64,000 bases of DNA from Chitinophagales bacterium (GTDB taxonomy: Bacteria; Bacteroidota; Bacteroidia; Chitinophagales; UBA10324): contig JANWXQ010000065.1 of NCBI GenBank assembly GCA_025057275.1, forward strand, positions 20,511 through 84,510, given 5' to 3'. Shown here piece by piece: positions 1 through 11,041 of this stretch. Below the pieces are notes generated by a model that worked only from the letters and a program-made list of their open reading frames with translations, ran no database searches and had not been told where the DNA came from. The position numbers and the translations under genes are program-made. Position 1 is the first letter of the stretch; every line of letters starts with the position of its first letter.

Positions 1-1899
1 GGAATACGACAGCATGGCCACCCTGGGCTGTATGTTGAAATGCTGCACCGCCTGCGCAGTGAGTACCGTAATCTCCACCAGTTCTTCGGACGTAGGATTA
101 AAGTTGACGGTGCAGTCAGCAAAGAACAGGGGGCCGCGTTTGGTGAACAGAATGTACATGCCAGCTACGCGATGCCCGTCTTCTTTCGTGCCAATCACCT
201 GAAGGGCGGGCCGAATGGTTTGGGCGTAGTTGCGTGTTAATCCGGAAATGAGCGCATCGGCTTCGCCGCTCATCAACATCATGGCCCCGAAGTAATTGCG
301 CTCACGCATCAGCTTTTTGGCTTCGTACAACGTCAGTCCCTTGCGCTTGCGCCTTTCAAATAGCCATCTGCCGTATTCGTCGCGCACGGCATCCATCTCC
401 GGATCATTGGGATCAATAATGGGCACCTCTTCCAGATCCAGATTATGCTGCTTGATGATGGCCTTGATTTTCTTTTTGGGACCCAGCAGGATGGGTTTGG
501 CAATGCCGTCTTCACAAACGGACTGGGCAGCTTTGAGAATCTTGAAGTTGTCGGCTTCGGCAAATACCACGCGCTGCGGGTCCTGACGCGCCCGGTTAAC
601 TAAGGCACGCAGCATGGCATCATCGCGACCCAGCCGTTGCGACAGTTGGTTGATGTAAGCCTCCCAGTCGGTAATGGGCTGGCTGGCCACTCCCGATTCC
701 ATGGCAGCCCGCGCCACAGCAGGCGCTACCGTTACCAGCAGGCGCGGATCAATGAGCTTGGGAATGATGTAATCCTTTCCGAACGTCAGGTTTTTTTCAC
801 CATAGGCCAGGTTGACCAGGTCGGGCACCGGTCGGCGGGCCAGTTCGGCCAACGCATAAACGGCAGCCAGCTTCATGGCTTCATTGATTTCTGTAGCCCG
901 CACATCCAGAGCGCCGCGAAAAATGAACGGAAAACCCAGCGCATTATTGACCTGATTGGGAAAATCGGACCGTCCGGTTGCAATGATTGCATCGGGCCGC
1001 GCTTCTGCCGCCTCGCGGTACGGAATTTCCGGATCGGGATTGGCCAAAGCAAAAATGATAGGGCGCGAAGCCATGGTTTTCACCATATCCCGCGTAACAA
1101 TGTTTCCTTTGGACAAGCCGAGAAACACGTCAGCCCCACGCAGCGCTTCCTCCAGGGTGCGCACCGGCAGCGACGTAGCAAAATGCGCCTTGTAGGCATC
1201 CAGATCTTTCCTTTCGGCATGCACCACTCCTTTGGAATCGGTGATGACGATGTGTTCTTTGCGCACCCCCAGCGCCATGTACAGATGCGCGCAGGAAAGT
1301 GCCGATGCCCCAGCACCCGAAATCACAACCTTAACCTCTTCCGCTTTTTTTTGCTGAAGCATCAACGCATTGATCAGAGCCGCTCCCGAAATAATGGCGG
1401 TGCCATGCTGATCGTCGTGCATCAGCGGAATACTCAGCTCGCGCTTGAGTCGTTGCTCAATTTCAAAACATTCCGGCGCTTTGATGTCTTCCAGATTGAT
1501 ACCTCCGAATGTTGGCTCCAACGCTTTTACCACGGAAACAAATTCGTCCACGCTCTTGGCGTTGACTTCAATATCAAAAACATCAATATCTGCAAACAGC
1601 TTGAACAGGATGCCTTTGCCTTCCATCACCGGCTTGGAAGCTTCCGGTCCGATATCGCCCAACCCCAGCACGGCCGTACCGTTGGTAATCACGGCCACCA
1701 GATTGCCCTTAGCCGTGTAAGTGTACACTTGTTTGGGGTCTGCAGCAATTTCCAGACACGGCTCGGCCACACCGGGAGAATAGGCCAGAGCCAGATCGCG
1801 CTGCGTCTTGGTCTGTTTGGTGGGCACCACTTCTATCTTGCCCGGTCGCCCCGAGCTGTGGTAGAGCAATGCCTCTTTTTTGTTAATGCGTATGCCCAT
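1..1899 (-). CDS. maeB: NADP-dependent malic enzyme with PTA-like C-terminal domain (3' end runs off the left edge of the window)
   Basis: Manual reverse-strand translation from the ATG at 1899 gives [48 protein letters not shown]. Near the window edge it reads [11 protein letters not shown]...VAMLSYS (PTA-like). It is missing from the ORF track because there is no stop codon in the window. Confidence 0.93.
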   Translation of the reverse strand, partial: MGIRINKKEALLYHSSGRPGKIEVVPTKQTKTQRDLALAYSPGVAEPCLEIAADPKQVYTYTAKGNLVAVITNGTAVLGLGDIGPEASKPVMEGKGILFKLFADIDVFDIEVNAKSVDEFVSVVKALEPTFGGINLEDIKAPECFEIEQRLKRELSIPLMHDDQHGTAIISGAALINALMLQQKKAEEVKVVISGAGASALSCAHLYMALGVRKEHIVITDSKGVVHAERKDLDAYKAHFATSLPVRTLEEALRGADVFLGLSKGNIVTRDMVKTMASRPIIFALANPDPEIPYREAAEARPDAIIATGRSDFPNQVNNALGFPFIFRGALDVRATEINEAMKLAAVYALAELARRPVPDLVNLAYGEKNLTFGKDYIIPKLIDPRLLVTVAPAVARAAMESGVASQPITDWEAYINQLSQRLGRDDAMLRALVNRARQDPQRVVFAEADNFKILKAAQSVCEDGIAKPILLGPKKKIKAIIKQHNLDLEEVPIIDPNDPEMDAVRDEYGRWLFERRKRKGLTLYEAKKLMRERNYFGAMMLMSGEADALISGLTRNYAQTIRPALQVIGTKEDGHRVAGMYILFTKRGPLFFADCTVNFNPTSEELVEITVLTAQAVQHFNIQPRVAMLSYS

Positions 1900-2096
1900 C
1901 GTAAGCCGGCAAAGATCGCTTGGGCGGCGCAATGACGTTAGCACCTTCTGCCAAACTCATTGTGGCCACCGCATATCGGTGCAATGCCTGGGATTTGGTT
2001 TACAGGAGTAACCGTGGTGCGATAGGCAGAATTTTCGTTGGCCAAGATACACCTTTTCTGCGTCAGCCATAGGGGAATCCCCTGCCGGAGGCCTGC

Positions 2097-2104
2097 TACC
2101 TTTG
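2097..2104 (+). promoter_or_regulatory. Bacteroidota -7 promoter element (TACCTTTG) for holB
   Basis: Matches TAnnTTTG, 26 nt upstream of the holB start. Confidence 0.6.
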
Positions 2105-2130
2105 CCCGAGCAGTAATAACCTGCTGAATC

Positions 2131-3252
2131 GTGCTATTCAGCGACGTGGTTGGCCAGCAGCATATCAAATCTATGCTGCGCTCCGGCATAAAAGCCCATC
2201 GTGCCGCTCATGCTTATTTGTTTTTAGGGGAAGAAGGTTACGGCCCGCTGCCACTGGCCTGGGCTTTTGCCCGATATGCCAACTGCACTGAAACTTCAGA
2301 AACTGATGCCTGCGGCCACTGTGCATCGTGCCGCAAAATGGATAAGCTCATCCATCCCGATCTGCATCTGGCTTTTCCTGCTTACAAACAAAAAAGCGAC
2401 GAAGAGGCACCTACCCGCAACAAACAGTTTTTGCAGCAGTTCCGCAGCGCACTCACTGCCAACCCCTATCTGGACTATGAAGACTGGCTGGCCTGTCTGG
2501 CTCCGGAGGGAAAACAACTCAACCTGACGGCAGAAGATTGCCGCAGCCTGCTGCAGCGCCTGATGCTCCGTCATTTTGAAGGCACATATAAAATTGCCTT
2601 GATCTGGCAGGCAGGGCTCTTGGGTAAGGAAGGCAACATCCTGCTCAAAATGCTGGAAGAGCCTCCGCCCAACACCCTGTGGATGCTGATTGCCCGCAAC
2701 AGTGATGAGTTGTTGCCGACCATCGTTTCCCGCTGCCAGTTAATTACCGTAGGGCCAATCGCTGAAGAAGATCTGGTTCAAGTTTTGCGGGCACGTCATA
2801 CACTCTCAGAAGACCAGGCCCGCCATCTGGCACGTGCCTGCGAGGGCAACTGGAACGATGCACAGCGGCTGCTGCAGCAGCAGATCAGCGACATGGCTCC
2901 CGTTTTTGTCGAATGGCTGAACGTGCTGGCGGCTAACGACCTTTTAGCTGCCTGGAAATGGACCGAACACATCGGATCCCTGAGCCGCGAAGAACAGAAA
3001 GCCTTCTTTCGTTATGCATTGGCCTTCCTCCGGCAGTGGTTGTATGCACGCTTTGCTGCAAACGGCCAATACCGAATCAGCGACGAGGAACTGCAGCTGA
3101 CCCGCCGCACCCTGGCCCGATTGAATCCTCCGCAGCTTCAGCAACTGGCCTGCTGGCTGGAGCGCTGCCGCTATTTTATAGAGCGAAATGCACATGCCCG
3201 CCTGGTCTTCCTGAATCTGACGCTGCGCACGCGCTCGCTGATCGCTGCTTAA
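2131..3252 (+). CDS. holB: DNA polymerase III subunit delta'
   Basis: HAYLFLG, Zn module CxxxxxxxxCGHCASC, HPDLH, LLKMLEEPP, LPTIVSRCQ. Confidence 0.9.
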   Translation: MLFSDVVGQQHIKSMLRSGIKAHRAAHAYLFLGEEGYGPLPLAWAFARYANCTETSETDACGHCASCRKMDKLIHPDLHLAFPAYKQKSDEEAPTRNKQFLQQFRSALTANPYLDYEDWLACLAPEGKQLNLTAEDCRSLLQRLMLRHFEGTYKIALIWQAGLLGKEGNILLKMLEEPPPNTLWMLIARNSDELLPTIVSRCQLITVGPIAEEDLVQVLRARHTLSEDQARHLARACEGNWNDAQRLLQQQISDMAPVFVEWLNVLAANDLLAAWKWTEHIGSLSREEQKAFFRYALAFLRQWLYARFAANGQYRISDEELQLTRRTLARLNPPQLQQLACWLERCRYFIERNAHARLVFLNLTLRTRSLIAA

Positions 3253-3298
3253 AGGAAAGCCACCGGCCTGCTTGCCCGATAGCACGTAACTTCACCCC

Positions 3299-4462
3299 AT
3301 GGCTTGCAACGGATGTACGGTAGGAATTAAAGGAAAGCCGCCGGGTTGCCGCAGCTTTGGCAACTGCACTACCGGAAGCTGCAACCGCCTAAACAGCTAC
3401 GACTGGCTGGCCGATCTGCCTATTCCCGCCGCACAGGTTTTTCCTTATGTGGAGGTAAGTTTTAAAAACGGAAGTCGTAAGGCTTTTTATGCCAACCATC
3501 AGCAATTGCCCATCAGCGCACGGGATATTGTGGTGGTAGAAGCTGCCATAGGCTACGATATGGGCGTGGTTACACTGACCGGAGCCACCACCCTGCTTCA
3601 GATGAAGAAAAAAAATGTAGATCCGGCAAAAAAAGGGGAGGTGCGCAGCATACTGCGCCTGGCCACCGAGGTGGATTTGCAACGTTGGGAACAGGTGAGA
3701 AGCAAGGAAAAACCTACCCTGATTCGTACCCGTTCCATAGTGGCCCAGATGAATTTGGACATGAAAGTTTCCGATGTAGAATATCAGGCTGACGGACGTA
3801 AGGCTACATTTTATTACACCGCCGATCATCGGGTGGACTTCCGCGAGCTAATCAGGGTCCTGGCGCGGGAATTTCACGTCAAAGTGGAAATGCATCAAAT
3901 GGGCAGCCGGCAGGAAGCAGGACGCATCGGCGGCATAGGCTCCTGCGGCCGGGAGTTGTGCTGCTCGACCTGGCTGACCCAGTTTCGTAACGTAACCACT
4001 GCTGCCGCCCGCTATCAGCAGCTGGCCATCAATCATGCCAAGCTGGCCGGCCAGTGTGGACGACTAAAATGCTGCCTGAACTACGAGCTGGATCTGTATC
4101 TGGAGGCGCTCAAAACCCTGCCCATGGCAGCCGAAAAGCTGGAAACCCGCGCCGGAATTGCCGTGCTCCAAAAGGCGGATATATTTAAAAATGTCATGTA
4201 TTATGCGTATAAAAACAGCACCAAGCAGTTTGCCTTAACTCCTGAACAGGTTCGAAAAATTCAATCCATGAACCAGTCAGGTCAGCAGCCCGATGACCTG
4301 AGCACCTGGACACAGCCCCAGCAACCCGCAGCAACTGTAGAATTTTCCAATGTAGTCGGTCAGGTCTCGCTCCAAGCGTTGGAGCGGCAGGATTCGCGCC
4401 GCAAAAAGAAGAAGAGGCATAAAAAAGGGTCCCGCCCCAATTCGCGAAATGGTTCGGCATAG
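3299..4462 (+). CDS. ricT: PSP1/RicT (YaaT)-family protein with Cys-rich N-terminus
   Basis: FYYTADHRVDFRELIR, GGIGSCGRELCCSTW, LAGQCGRLKCCLNYE. Confidence 0.85.
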   Translation: MACNGCTVGIKGKPPGCRSFGNCTTGSCNRLNSYDWLADLPIPAAQVFPYVEVSFKNGSRKAFYANHQQLPISARDIVVVEAAIGYDMGVVTLTGATTLLQMKKKNVDPAKKGEVRSILRLATEVDLQRWEQVRSKEKPTLIRTRSIVAQMNLDMKVSDVEYQADGRKATFYYTADHRVDFRELIRVLAREFHVKVEMHQMGSRQEAGRIGGIGSCGRELCCSTWLTQFRNVTTAAARYQQLAINHAKLAGQCGRLKCCLNYELDLYLEALKTLPMAAEKLETRAGIAVLQKADIFKNVMYYAYKNSTKQFALTPEQVRKIQSMNQSGQQPDDLSTWTQPQQPAATVEFSNVVGQVSLQALERQDSRRKKKKRHKKGSRPNSRNGSA

Positions 4463-4964
4463 CTGGCTTCTGGGGAATTCACCAAAACATTTTGCAACTA
4501 AAGTGGGTCTGGCTACAGTTATGGCCTGTCTGGTGGCTGCCTGCGATCCCAACCGGCAATATGAAAAAAATGTTACCATCAAAAATTACATCTGGCATTC
4601 CCAAACGGTCCCCGAGTTTTTAGTAGAAATTAAAGATACTTCCCTGCTATATAATCTATTCCTGAACATTCGTCATACCACCCATTATCCGTACCGCAAC
4701 ATTTGGCTTATTGTCGGCATGACCGCTGCCGACGGAAGCTCCAGCAGCAAACAGCTGGAGATCTTGCTTGGCGATGAAAAAGGCATGTGGTTTGGCGATG
4801 GACTGGGTGATATCTGGGACTATCGCACCCTCATTCAGCAAAATGCCTACTTCGCTCAACCGGGTCTTTATCGCTTCACTCTTGCTCACAACATGCGGCA
4901 GGATCCGCTGCCGGGAATTATGGCAGTAGGCATCCGGCTGGAACGCGCCGGACCTCGCCGGTAA
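4449..4964 (+). CDS. gldH: Gliding motility lipoprotein GldH
   Basis: Lipobox LVAA-C, YPYRNIWL, GMWFGDGLGDIWD, HNMRQDPLPGIMAVGIR; follows holB-ricT. Confidence 0.88.
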   Translation: MVRHSWLLGNSPKHFATKVGLATVMACLVAACDPNRQYEKNVTIKNYIWHSQTVPEFLVEIKDTSLLYNLFLNIRHTTHYPYRNIWLIVGMTAADGSSSSKQLEILLGDEKGMWFGDGLGDIWDYRTLIQQNAYFAQPGLYRFTLAHNMRQDPLPGIMAVGIRLERAGPRR

Positions 4965-5284
4965 TTTGCCTTCCTCAGGCTTGTATCGTAAAGGGGCTAC
5001 ACCCTGTAAGGTGTGTTGTGCATAAAGACCAGGAGTTGTAGAAATATTTTGACAAAAAAATTCATCTTTGCCGCGCCCATAATTGCCTTAACCCCTTGCT
5101 GACCTGCTTTGTTGTTGAAACCTTTGCGGGCCAAGCTCGTAACACGTTCCAGTTTGCCCAAAAGGGCTTGCTGAGCCCAGATCCGCACGTTCCATGCCGA
5201 ATGTGCGCCTACTACCCACCCCATGATGCCAGATGATTGCATCCGGCATAGTGTAAAAAAAATTTAGAAGTGACGAACAAAAAC

Positions 5285-7393
5285 ATGGTGACTTTGAAAC
5301 AAAGTGTGCGAATCCTCGCCTTGGTGTTGCTTGCATCGTCCCTTTTTCTGGAAGGAATGGCCCAGGCTGTTTATGTGTCCAACCTGCAAGCCACGTACCG
5401 CAACGGCCAGGTTTTTCTGACCTGGACCTGCCCGGCTGGCACAGGCTACAAATACAAAATTTACCGAAGCACGTCCAAACTGGACAAAAAAAGCAAGATC
5501 ACCCCTTCGGTGTATATCGGAGGATACGTCATGGACAGCTCATCGCTGAACGTGCGCCTCACCCGCAAGCTGGGAACCAAAACTTTTTACAGCATTGAAG
5601 ACGGCGGGCCTCCGCTCAGCGCAAATACCGGATTGTACGTCGTTACCTGCGATTCCGATGCAGCCTATTACTATGCCGTGACGGTAACCCGCATGTCAAC
5701 CGGAAAAGAATACTCCAAAATGACGGTAGGCTCCAACACGCTGGCCTCGCCGGTGCAGGAAACCGTTGCCGATCCCAAGCCTGTGTTGCAAAGCTCTTTC
5801 GTTACCGGATCAACCGGCGAAACCTGCTATCGCTACGTACAATTCGGCGACCACCGCAACCTGCCCCATTATCCGTACATGTTCAGTCAGGGATCTTATG
5901 GATTTAATTTTATTATGATTTATCGTGGCAATTATGTGGGCGGACCCCTGTATGTTTTTTATGAAGGCATTGAAGGAAATGCGTTTATTGGCTCAGGCTT
6001 GGAACAATTTTCCTCCTTTGCCATCAACAATTGCATTATGATTAGTATGGATGACTGGCTGCCGTTGCCCAATGGGTACGGCTCTGGTGCCGGTGGCAAC
6101 ACGTTCTGGACCGGATATCACGAAAATTTCAATCCGTACATCCTGACGAATCCAATACCCACCAGCGGCACCATTCGCATGTATCATCAGCACCGCTACA
6201 TCCACACCATTCGCTGGGCAACGAAATACCTTCCCATAGATTCCAACCAGGTGAACCTGGTCGGCAAATCAGCCGGCGGCTTTGGAGCATTAGTAACCGC
6301 CATGATCATTCCCGAAAAAATAAATGCCGTTTACTCCATTGTTTCGCCTATCAAGATCAAAAGCTACAATCTGGATCCGGACACCAGCGACGAGCAGTTG
6401 TGGGGAAAAAGCAACTCCCGATTACTGAGCGACATTAAAGACAAAACCACCGGCACCTCGTTGGTAGCCTTTGACCTGATGGACATCAAAACCATGATCC
6501 AGAAATACTCCACCATCGGCCTGCCGATCATTTACACCATTCACGGCAAAAACGATGTTACCGTTGGCTGGAGCGATAAACCTGCCTACCTTAATCAGAA
6601 CGAAATGAGCTGGCAGGGTGGCGTTCATTTCTGGGACCAACGCCAGCACAATGGATCGGGAGCCAATTTCTTTGACAGCGAAATCACTCCGCCCTTTTCC
6701 CAATTCCGACGCAACCGCTCCTATCCTGCCATCAGCAATTGCGACATCAATCAGAATCCCGGCGATGGTACAGTGAACAGCGGCGACCCTTCCGGAGCTT
6801 ACAGCGCCTACATAACATTTGACTCCATTACGGATAATGTTTGTAAATGGACCTGCAGATTCACCTTAAACAACTACACCATAGGCGGGGTGGCTCAGGG
6901 CAACTATTCCTCCTGTTACGCCGACATCACCCTTCGACGCACACAAAATTTTATACCCGCGGGGGGCTCCACCATCAAATGGGCCAATTACGATAAAGAC
7001 AATGTGAAAATTCAGAGCGGTTCATTTACTTACTCGGCCGGCTCACGCATCACTATTGGTGGCGTAAAAATTAAAAAGAGCGGCAACCGGTTGGAAGTAG
7101 AAATCAAAAACTGCACAGGTCGTGAAGAGGAGGAAAATACCGCCCTCTCCGTTGAGCCCTATGCATTTCAGGTAGCCCAATGGCATGACGGATGGCAACT
7201 CACCCTGCCGGCAGCATTGCAGGCATCAGCCCAACTTCAGGTTATTGACATGCAGGGCCGGATCTGTTCCTCCCTGCCTGTTGAACTTTCCCCTGCTCCG
7301 CAAACCATTCAGGTAACAGCACCAGCCCGGGGCAGCTTTGTCTTGCGTCTGATTGCACCAGACGGTCATTACGAGCGCATGGTCGTGTTCTGA
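5285..7393 (+). CDS. Secreted alpha/beta-fold serine hydrolase with FN3-like N-domain and T9SS-like C-terminal domain (alternative GTG start at 5270)
   Basis: Signal peptide ending AQA, nucleophile elbow GKSAGG, HGKND, FWDQRQH, C-terminal VIDMQGR...GSFVLRL...RMVVF. Confidence 0.7.
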   Translation: MVTLKQSVRILALVLLASSLFLEGMAQAVYVSNLQATYRNGQVFLTWTCPAGTGYKYKIYRSTSKLDKKSKITPSVYIGGYVMDSSSLNVRLTRKLGTKTFYSIEDGGPPLSANTGLYVVTCDSDAAYYYAVTVTRMSTGKEYSKMTVGSNTLASPVQETVADPKPVLQSSFVTGSTGETCYRYVQFGDHRNLPHYPYMFSQGSYGFNFIMIYRGNYVGGPLYVFYEGIEGNAFIGSGLEQFSSFAINNCIMISMDDWLPLPNGYGSGAGGNTFWTGYHENFNPYILTNPIPTSGTIRMYHQHRYIHTIRWATKYLPIDSNQVNLVGKSAGGFGALVTAMIIPEKINAVYSIVSPIKIKSYNLDPDTSDEQLWGKSNSRLLSDIKDKTTGTSLVAFDLMDIKTMIQKYSTIGLPIIYTIHGKNDVTVGWSDKPAYLNQNEMSWQGGVHFWDQRQHNGSGANFFDSEITPPFSQFRRNRSYPAISNCDINQNPGDGTVNSGDPSGAYSAYITFDSITDNVCKWTCRFTLNNYTIGGVAQGNYSSCYADITLRRTQNFIPAGGSTIKWANYDKDNVKIQSGSFTYSAGSRITIGGVKIKKSGNRLEVEIKNCTGREEEENTALSVEPYAFQVAQWHDGWQLTLPAALQASAQLQVIDMQGRICSSLPVELSPAPQTIQVTAPARGSFVLRLIAPDGHYERMVVF

Positions 7394-7469
7394 GCCTCTG
7401 GCGACCCGCTGCTCTGCCATCCGTCCGGCTGGCATTCTTCCTATCTTTACCCGTTGCAACCGCTTGTCC

Positions 7470-10400
7470 ATGCCTCAAATAGCGGTATACAAACCTGCCC
7501 ACAAAATCCGCATCGTTACCGCTGCCTCCCTGTTTGACGGGCACGATGCTGCCATAAACATCATGCGGCGGATCCTGCAGTCCAGCGGTGCTGAAGTGAT
7601 TCACCTGGGTCATGACCGAAGCGTGGATGAGGTGGTCCGTTGCGCCATTCAGGAAGACGTGCAGGCTATTGCCCTTACCTCCTATCAGGGCGGTCATATG
7701 GAGTATTTTAAATATATGTATGACTTGCTGAACGAAAAGGGTTGCGGGCACATACGCATTTTTGGCGGTGGGGGTGGCGTTATTCTGCCGCACGAAATTG
7801 AGGAGCTGCACCGTTACGGCATTGCCCGTATCTACTCACCTGACGACGGCCGCACCATGGGCCTCCAAGGCATGATCAACGACCTGCTCCACCGCTGCGA
7901 TTTTCCATTGGGCCATCAGCTGAACGGCGAATGGAACCTGATCCGCCAGCGCAATCATCAGGCCATAGCCCGTACCATTTCCGCAATTGAGAACTTTCCG
8001 GAAACTGCCAAAGGGGCTCTGCAGATCCTGCGTGCCGAAGCCCGCTCGTCTGCCACGCCCGTTCTGGGAATCACCGGAACCGGCGGCGCCGGTAAATCTT
8101 CATTGGTGGATGAGCTCGTTCGCCGGTTGCTGATGGACCATCCCCGCCTGCAACTGGCCATTCTGTCCGTAGATCCAACCCGACGCAAGACCGGCGGCGC
8201 TCTGCTGGGCGACCGCATCCGCATGAACGCCATAAATGACGATCGCGTCTTCATGCGTTCCATGGCCACCCGTCAGGCTCATCTGGCGCTGTCCCGTTCC
8301 GTGCTTGATGTGCTCACTGTCCTGAAAGCTGCAGCCTTCGACCTGATTATTCTGGAAACAGCAGGTATTGGCCAGAGCGATTCCGAAATCCATGACGTAG
8401 CCAATGTGTCGCTCTATGTGATGACCCCCGAATACGGTGCTGCCAGCCAGTTGGAAAAAATCGACATGCTGGATTTTGCCGACGTCGTGGCCATCAACAA
8501 GTTTGATAAACGCGGCGCCGCCGATGCGCTGCGCGACGTACGTAAACAATACCAGCGCAACCGCCATCTGTTTGATCGCAAACCGGAGGAGCTGCCCGTA
8601 TTTGGCACCATCGCTTCCCAGTTTAACGATCCCGGAGTCAATCAACTGTACCTGGCCCTGCTGGATCTGCTGCGCACGCGTACGGGAGCAACAGGCCTTC
8701 AGCCCCAGTCAACCCTCAAACTTCAGACTACCGAAAAACAGTACATAATTCCCCCCGCGCGTACCCGATATCTGGGAGAAATTTCCGAAACGGTGCGCAC
8801 CTACAATCGATGGGTGGAGGAACAGGCCCGCCTCGCTGCTGACCTGCAGGCCCTGCACCGCAGTCTGTTGCTGCTGGGCGGACCTGACCTGCTGCACGAA
8901 AGCGCAGACGCTCCTTCGGCAGATGTTGATGCCACCCGCTCCGCTCTGTACCACCAATGGCACCAGCTCCTTACGCAGTTCGATCCCCAACTATTAGCTG
9001 CCATTCGTCAATGGGCTTCTTCAGTGCAGCGCTACCGCAATGAGGTGTTTACCTACACGGTGCGCAACAAGGAGATTCGCGTTAAAACCCATCACCAATC
9101 ACTGGCACATCTTTCAATACCCCGCGTAGCCACCCCCCGCTTCACGGCCTGGGACCAGATTGTGCGGTGGTATGCCCAGGAAAACTTTCCCGGCCAATTC
9201 CCCTACACTGCAGGCATTTATCCTTTTAAGCGGGAAGAAGAAGACCCCACCCGCATGTTTGCCGGTGAAGGCGGCCCGGAACGCACCAACCGGCGCTTTC
9301 ATTATTTGTCATATCAGATGCCGGCCAAAAGGCTGAGTACCGCCTTTGATTCAGTAACCCTCTACGGCCGCGACCCCGATTATCGCCCTGACATCTATGG
9401 AAAAATCGGCAACGCCGGCGTCAGCATTTGTTGTCTGGATGATGCCAAAAAGCTCTACAGCGGATTCGATCTCTGCAACCCCAAGACTTCGGTGAGCATG
9501 ACCATCAACGGGCCAGCCGCCATCCTCACCGGTTTCTTTTTCAATGCCGCTATTGATCAGCAATGCGAGCGCTACATCCGCAGCCACTGCCCCGACCTGC
9601 CTTTGCCTCCAGTGCCGCCCGAAGTGCAATATGCCGGCGAAATCCCCGAAGGCCATGACGGACTGGGTTTGCTGTTGCTGGGCACCACCGGCGATCAGGT
9701 GTTACCGCCCGAAGTATATGAAAAAATCAAAGCCGATACTTTGCGTCAGGTGCGGGGCACTGTTCAGGCCGACATTCTTAAAGAAGATCAGGCACAAAAC
9801 ACGTGCATCTTTTCCACTGAGTTTTCGCTGCGCCTTATGGGCGATATGCAGCAGTACTTCATTGATCACAAAATCCGCAATTTCTATAGTGTTTCCATTT
9901 CCGGTTACCACATAGCCGAGGCCGGCGCCAATCCCATAACGCAACTGGCATTTACGCTCGCCAATGGTTTTACCTATGTGGAATATTACCTGAGCCGGGG
10001 TATGCCCATTGACGACTTTGCGCCCAACTTTTCGTTTTTCTTCTCCAACGGGCTGGATCCCGAATACGCCGTGATCGGGCGGGTGGCCCGGCGCATCTGG
10101 GCCAAGGCCATGAAGCGCAGGTACGGCGCCAACGAGCGCTCTCAAATGCTGAAATACCACATTCAGACCTCTGGCCGCAGTTTGCACGCGCAGGAGATTG
10201 ATTTCAACGACATCCGAACCACCTTGCAGGCCCTTTATGCCATTTACGACAACTGCAACAGCCTGCATACCAATGCCTACGACGAAGCCATTACCACTCC
10301 AACGGAGGAAAGCGTTCGGCGCGCCATGGCCATTCAGCTCATCATCAACCGCGAACTGGGCCTGGCCAAAAACGAAAATCCCCTGCAGGGCAGCTTCATC

Positions 10401-10853
10401 ATTGAAGAGCTTACCGATCTGGTGGAAGAAGCCGTTATGGCCGAATTTGACCGGATCAATGAGCGCGGCGGCGTGCTCGGTGCTATGGAATCCATGTATC
10501 AGCGGGGAAAAATTCAGGAGGAAAGCCTGTACTACGAAACGCTGAAACATTCCGGGCAATACCCGATCATCGGCGTCAATACCTTTTTATCCTCCACCGG
10601 TTCGCCCACTGTTATTCCCGCAGAAGTGATCCGAAGCACCCAGGAAGAAAAAGAACTGCAGATTACCCGTGTGCGCGAATTACATCAACGTCATGGTGAC
10701 AAGGCTTCGGCTTTGCTAAAAAATCTTCAACAGGCCGCCACTACGGCGAATAACCTGTTTGAACACCTGATGGAATGCACGAAGTATTGCTCGCTGGGCC
10801 AGATCACACAGGCCTTGTTTGAAGTGGGCGGGCAGTACCGACGCAACATGTGA
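7470..10853 (+). CDS. icmF: Fused isobutyryl-CoA mutase (B12-binding domain + MeaB-type GTPase + mutase)
   Basis: [18 protein letters not shown] (B12 DxH), [22 protein letters not shown] and [12 protein letters not shown] (Phe/Gln at the MCM Tyr/Arg positions). Start taken at MPQIAVYKP rather than the track's 7353. Confidence 0.92.
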   Translation: MPQIAVYKPAHKIRIVTAASLFDGHDAAINIMRRILQSSGAEVIHLGHDRSVDEVVRCAIQEDVQAIALTSYQGGHMEYFKYMYDLLNEKGCGHIRIFGGGGGVILPHEIEELHRYGIARIYSPDDGRTMGLQGMINDLLHRCDFPLGHQLNGEWNLIRQRNHQAIARTISAIENFPETAKGALQILRAEARSSATPVLGITGTGGAGKSSLVDELVRRLLMDHPRLQLAILSVDPTRRKTGGALLGDRIRMNAINDDRVFMRSMATRQAHLALSRSVLDVLTVLKAAAFDLIILETAGIGQSDSEIHDVANVSLYVMTPEYGAASQLEKIDMLDFADVVAINKFDKRGAADALRDVRKQYQRNRHLFDRKPEELPVFGTIASQFNDPGVNQLYLALLDLLRTRTGATGLQPQSTLKLQTTEKQYIIPPARTRYLGEISETVRTYNRWVEEQARLAADLQALHRSLLLLGGPDLLHESADAPSADVDATRSALYHQWHQLLTQFDPQLLAAIRQWASSVQRYRNEVFTYTVRNKEIRVKTHHQSLAHLSIPRVATPRFTAWDQIVRWYAQENFPGQFPYTAGIYPFKREEEDPTRMFAGEGGPERTNRRFHYLSYQMPAKRLSTAFDSVTLYGRDPDYRPDIYGKIGNAGVSICCLDDAKKLYSGFDLCNPKTSVSMTINGPAAILTGFFFNAAIDQQCERYIRSHCPDLPLPPVPPEVQYAGEIPEGHDGLGLLLLGTTGDQVLPPEVYEKIKADTLRQVRGTVQADILKEDQAQNTCIFSTEFSLRLMGDMQQYFIDHKIRNFYSVSISGYHIAEAGANPITQLAFTLANGFTYVEYYLSRGMPIDDFAPNFSFFFSNGLDPEYAVIGRVARRIWAKAMKRRYGANERSQMLKYHIQTSGRSLHAQEIDFNDIRTTLQALYAIYDNCNSLHTNAYDEAITTPTEESVRRAMAIQLIINRELGLAKNENPLQGSFIIEELTDLVEEAVMAEFDRINERGGVLGAMESMYQRGKIQEESLYYETLKHSGQYPIIGVNTFLSSTGSPTVIPAEVIRSTQEEKELQITRVRELHQRHGDKASALLKNLQQAATTANNLFEHLMECTKYCSLGQITQALFEVGGQYRRNM

Positions 10854-11041
10854 TTGCGTAGCATTTCTTTCCCATGCAGTTGCCCCAGGCCTTTTGCGCT
10901 GCGGTAAAAGGCACTGCCATTGCGCGTCGCCCGCAGGAATTTCTACACTGTTTTTGCTGATATTAGCGACCGGCCGGCCTTACAGGCTTTTGCACAAATG
11001 CAGTAACTTTCTCAATGTTTTCAGACAATTATTTCGAGATC

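Noticed and set aside
637-1935. 432-aa plus-strand ORF
   Set aside because: Antisense shadow of maeB, which occupies the minus strand with clear motifs
7353-7469. N-terminal extension of IcmF
   Set aside because: It overlaps the upstream gene and spans a promoter-like TATCTTTA (7442-7449); homology-like sequence begins after the ATG at 7470
5100-7469. Cobalamin riboswitch controlling icmF
   Set aside because: No B12-box or other conserved core seen in either upstream intergenic region
10889-10912. Hairpin after icmF as a terminator
   Set aside because: Imperfect stem with no downstream U-tract
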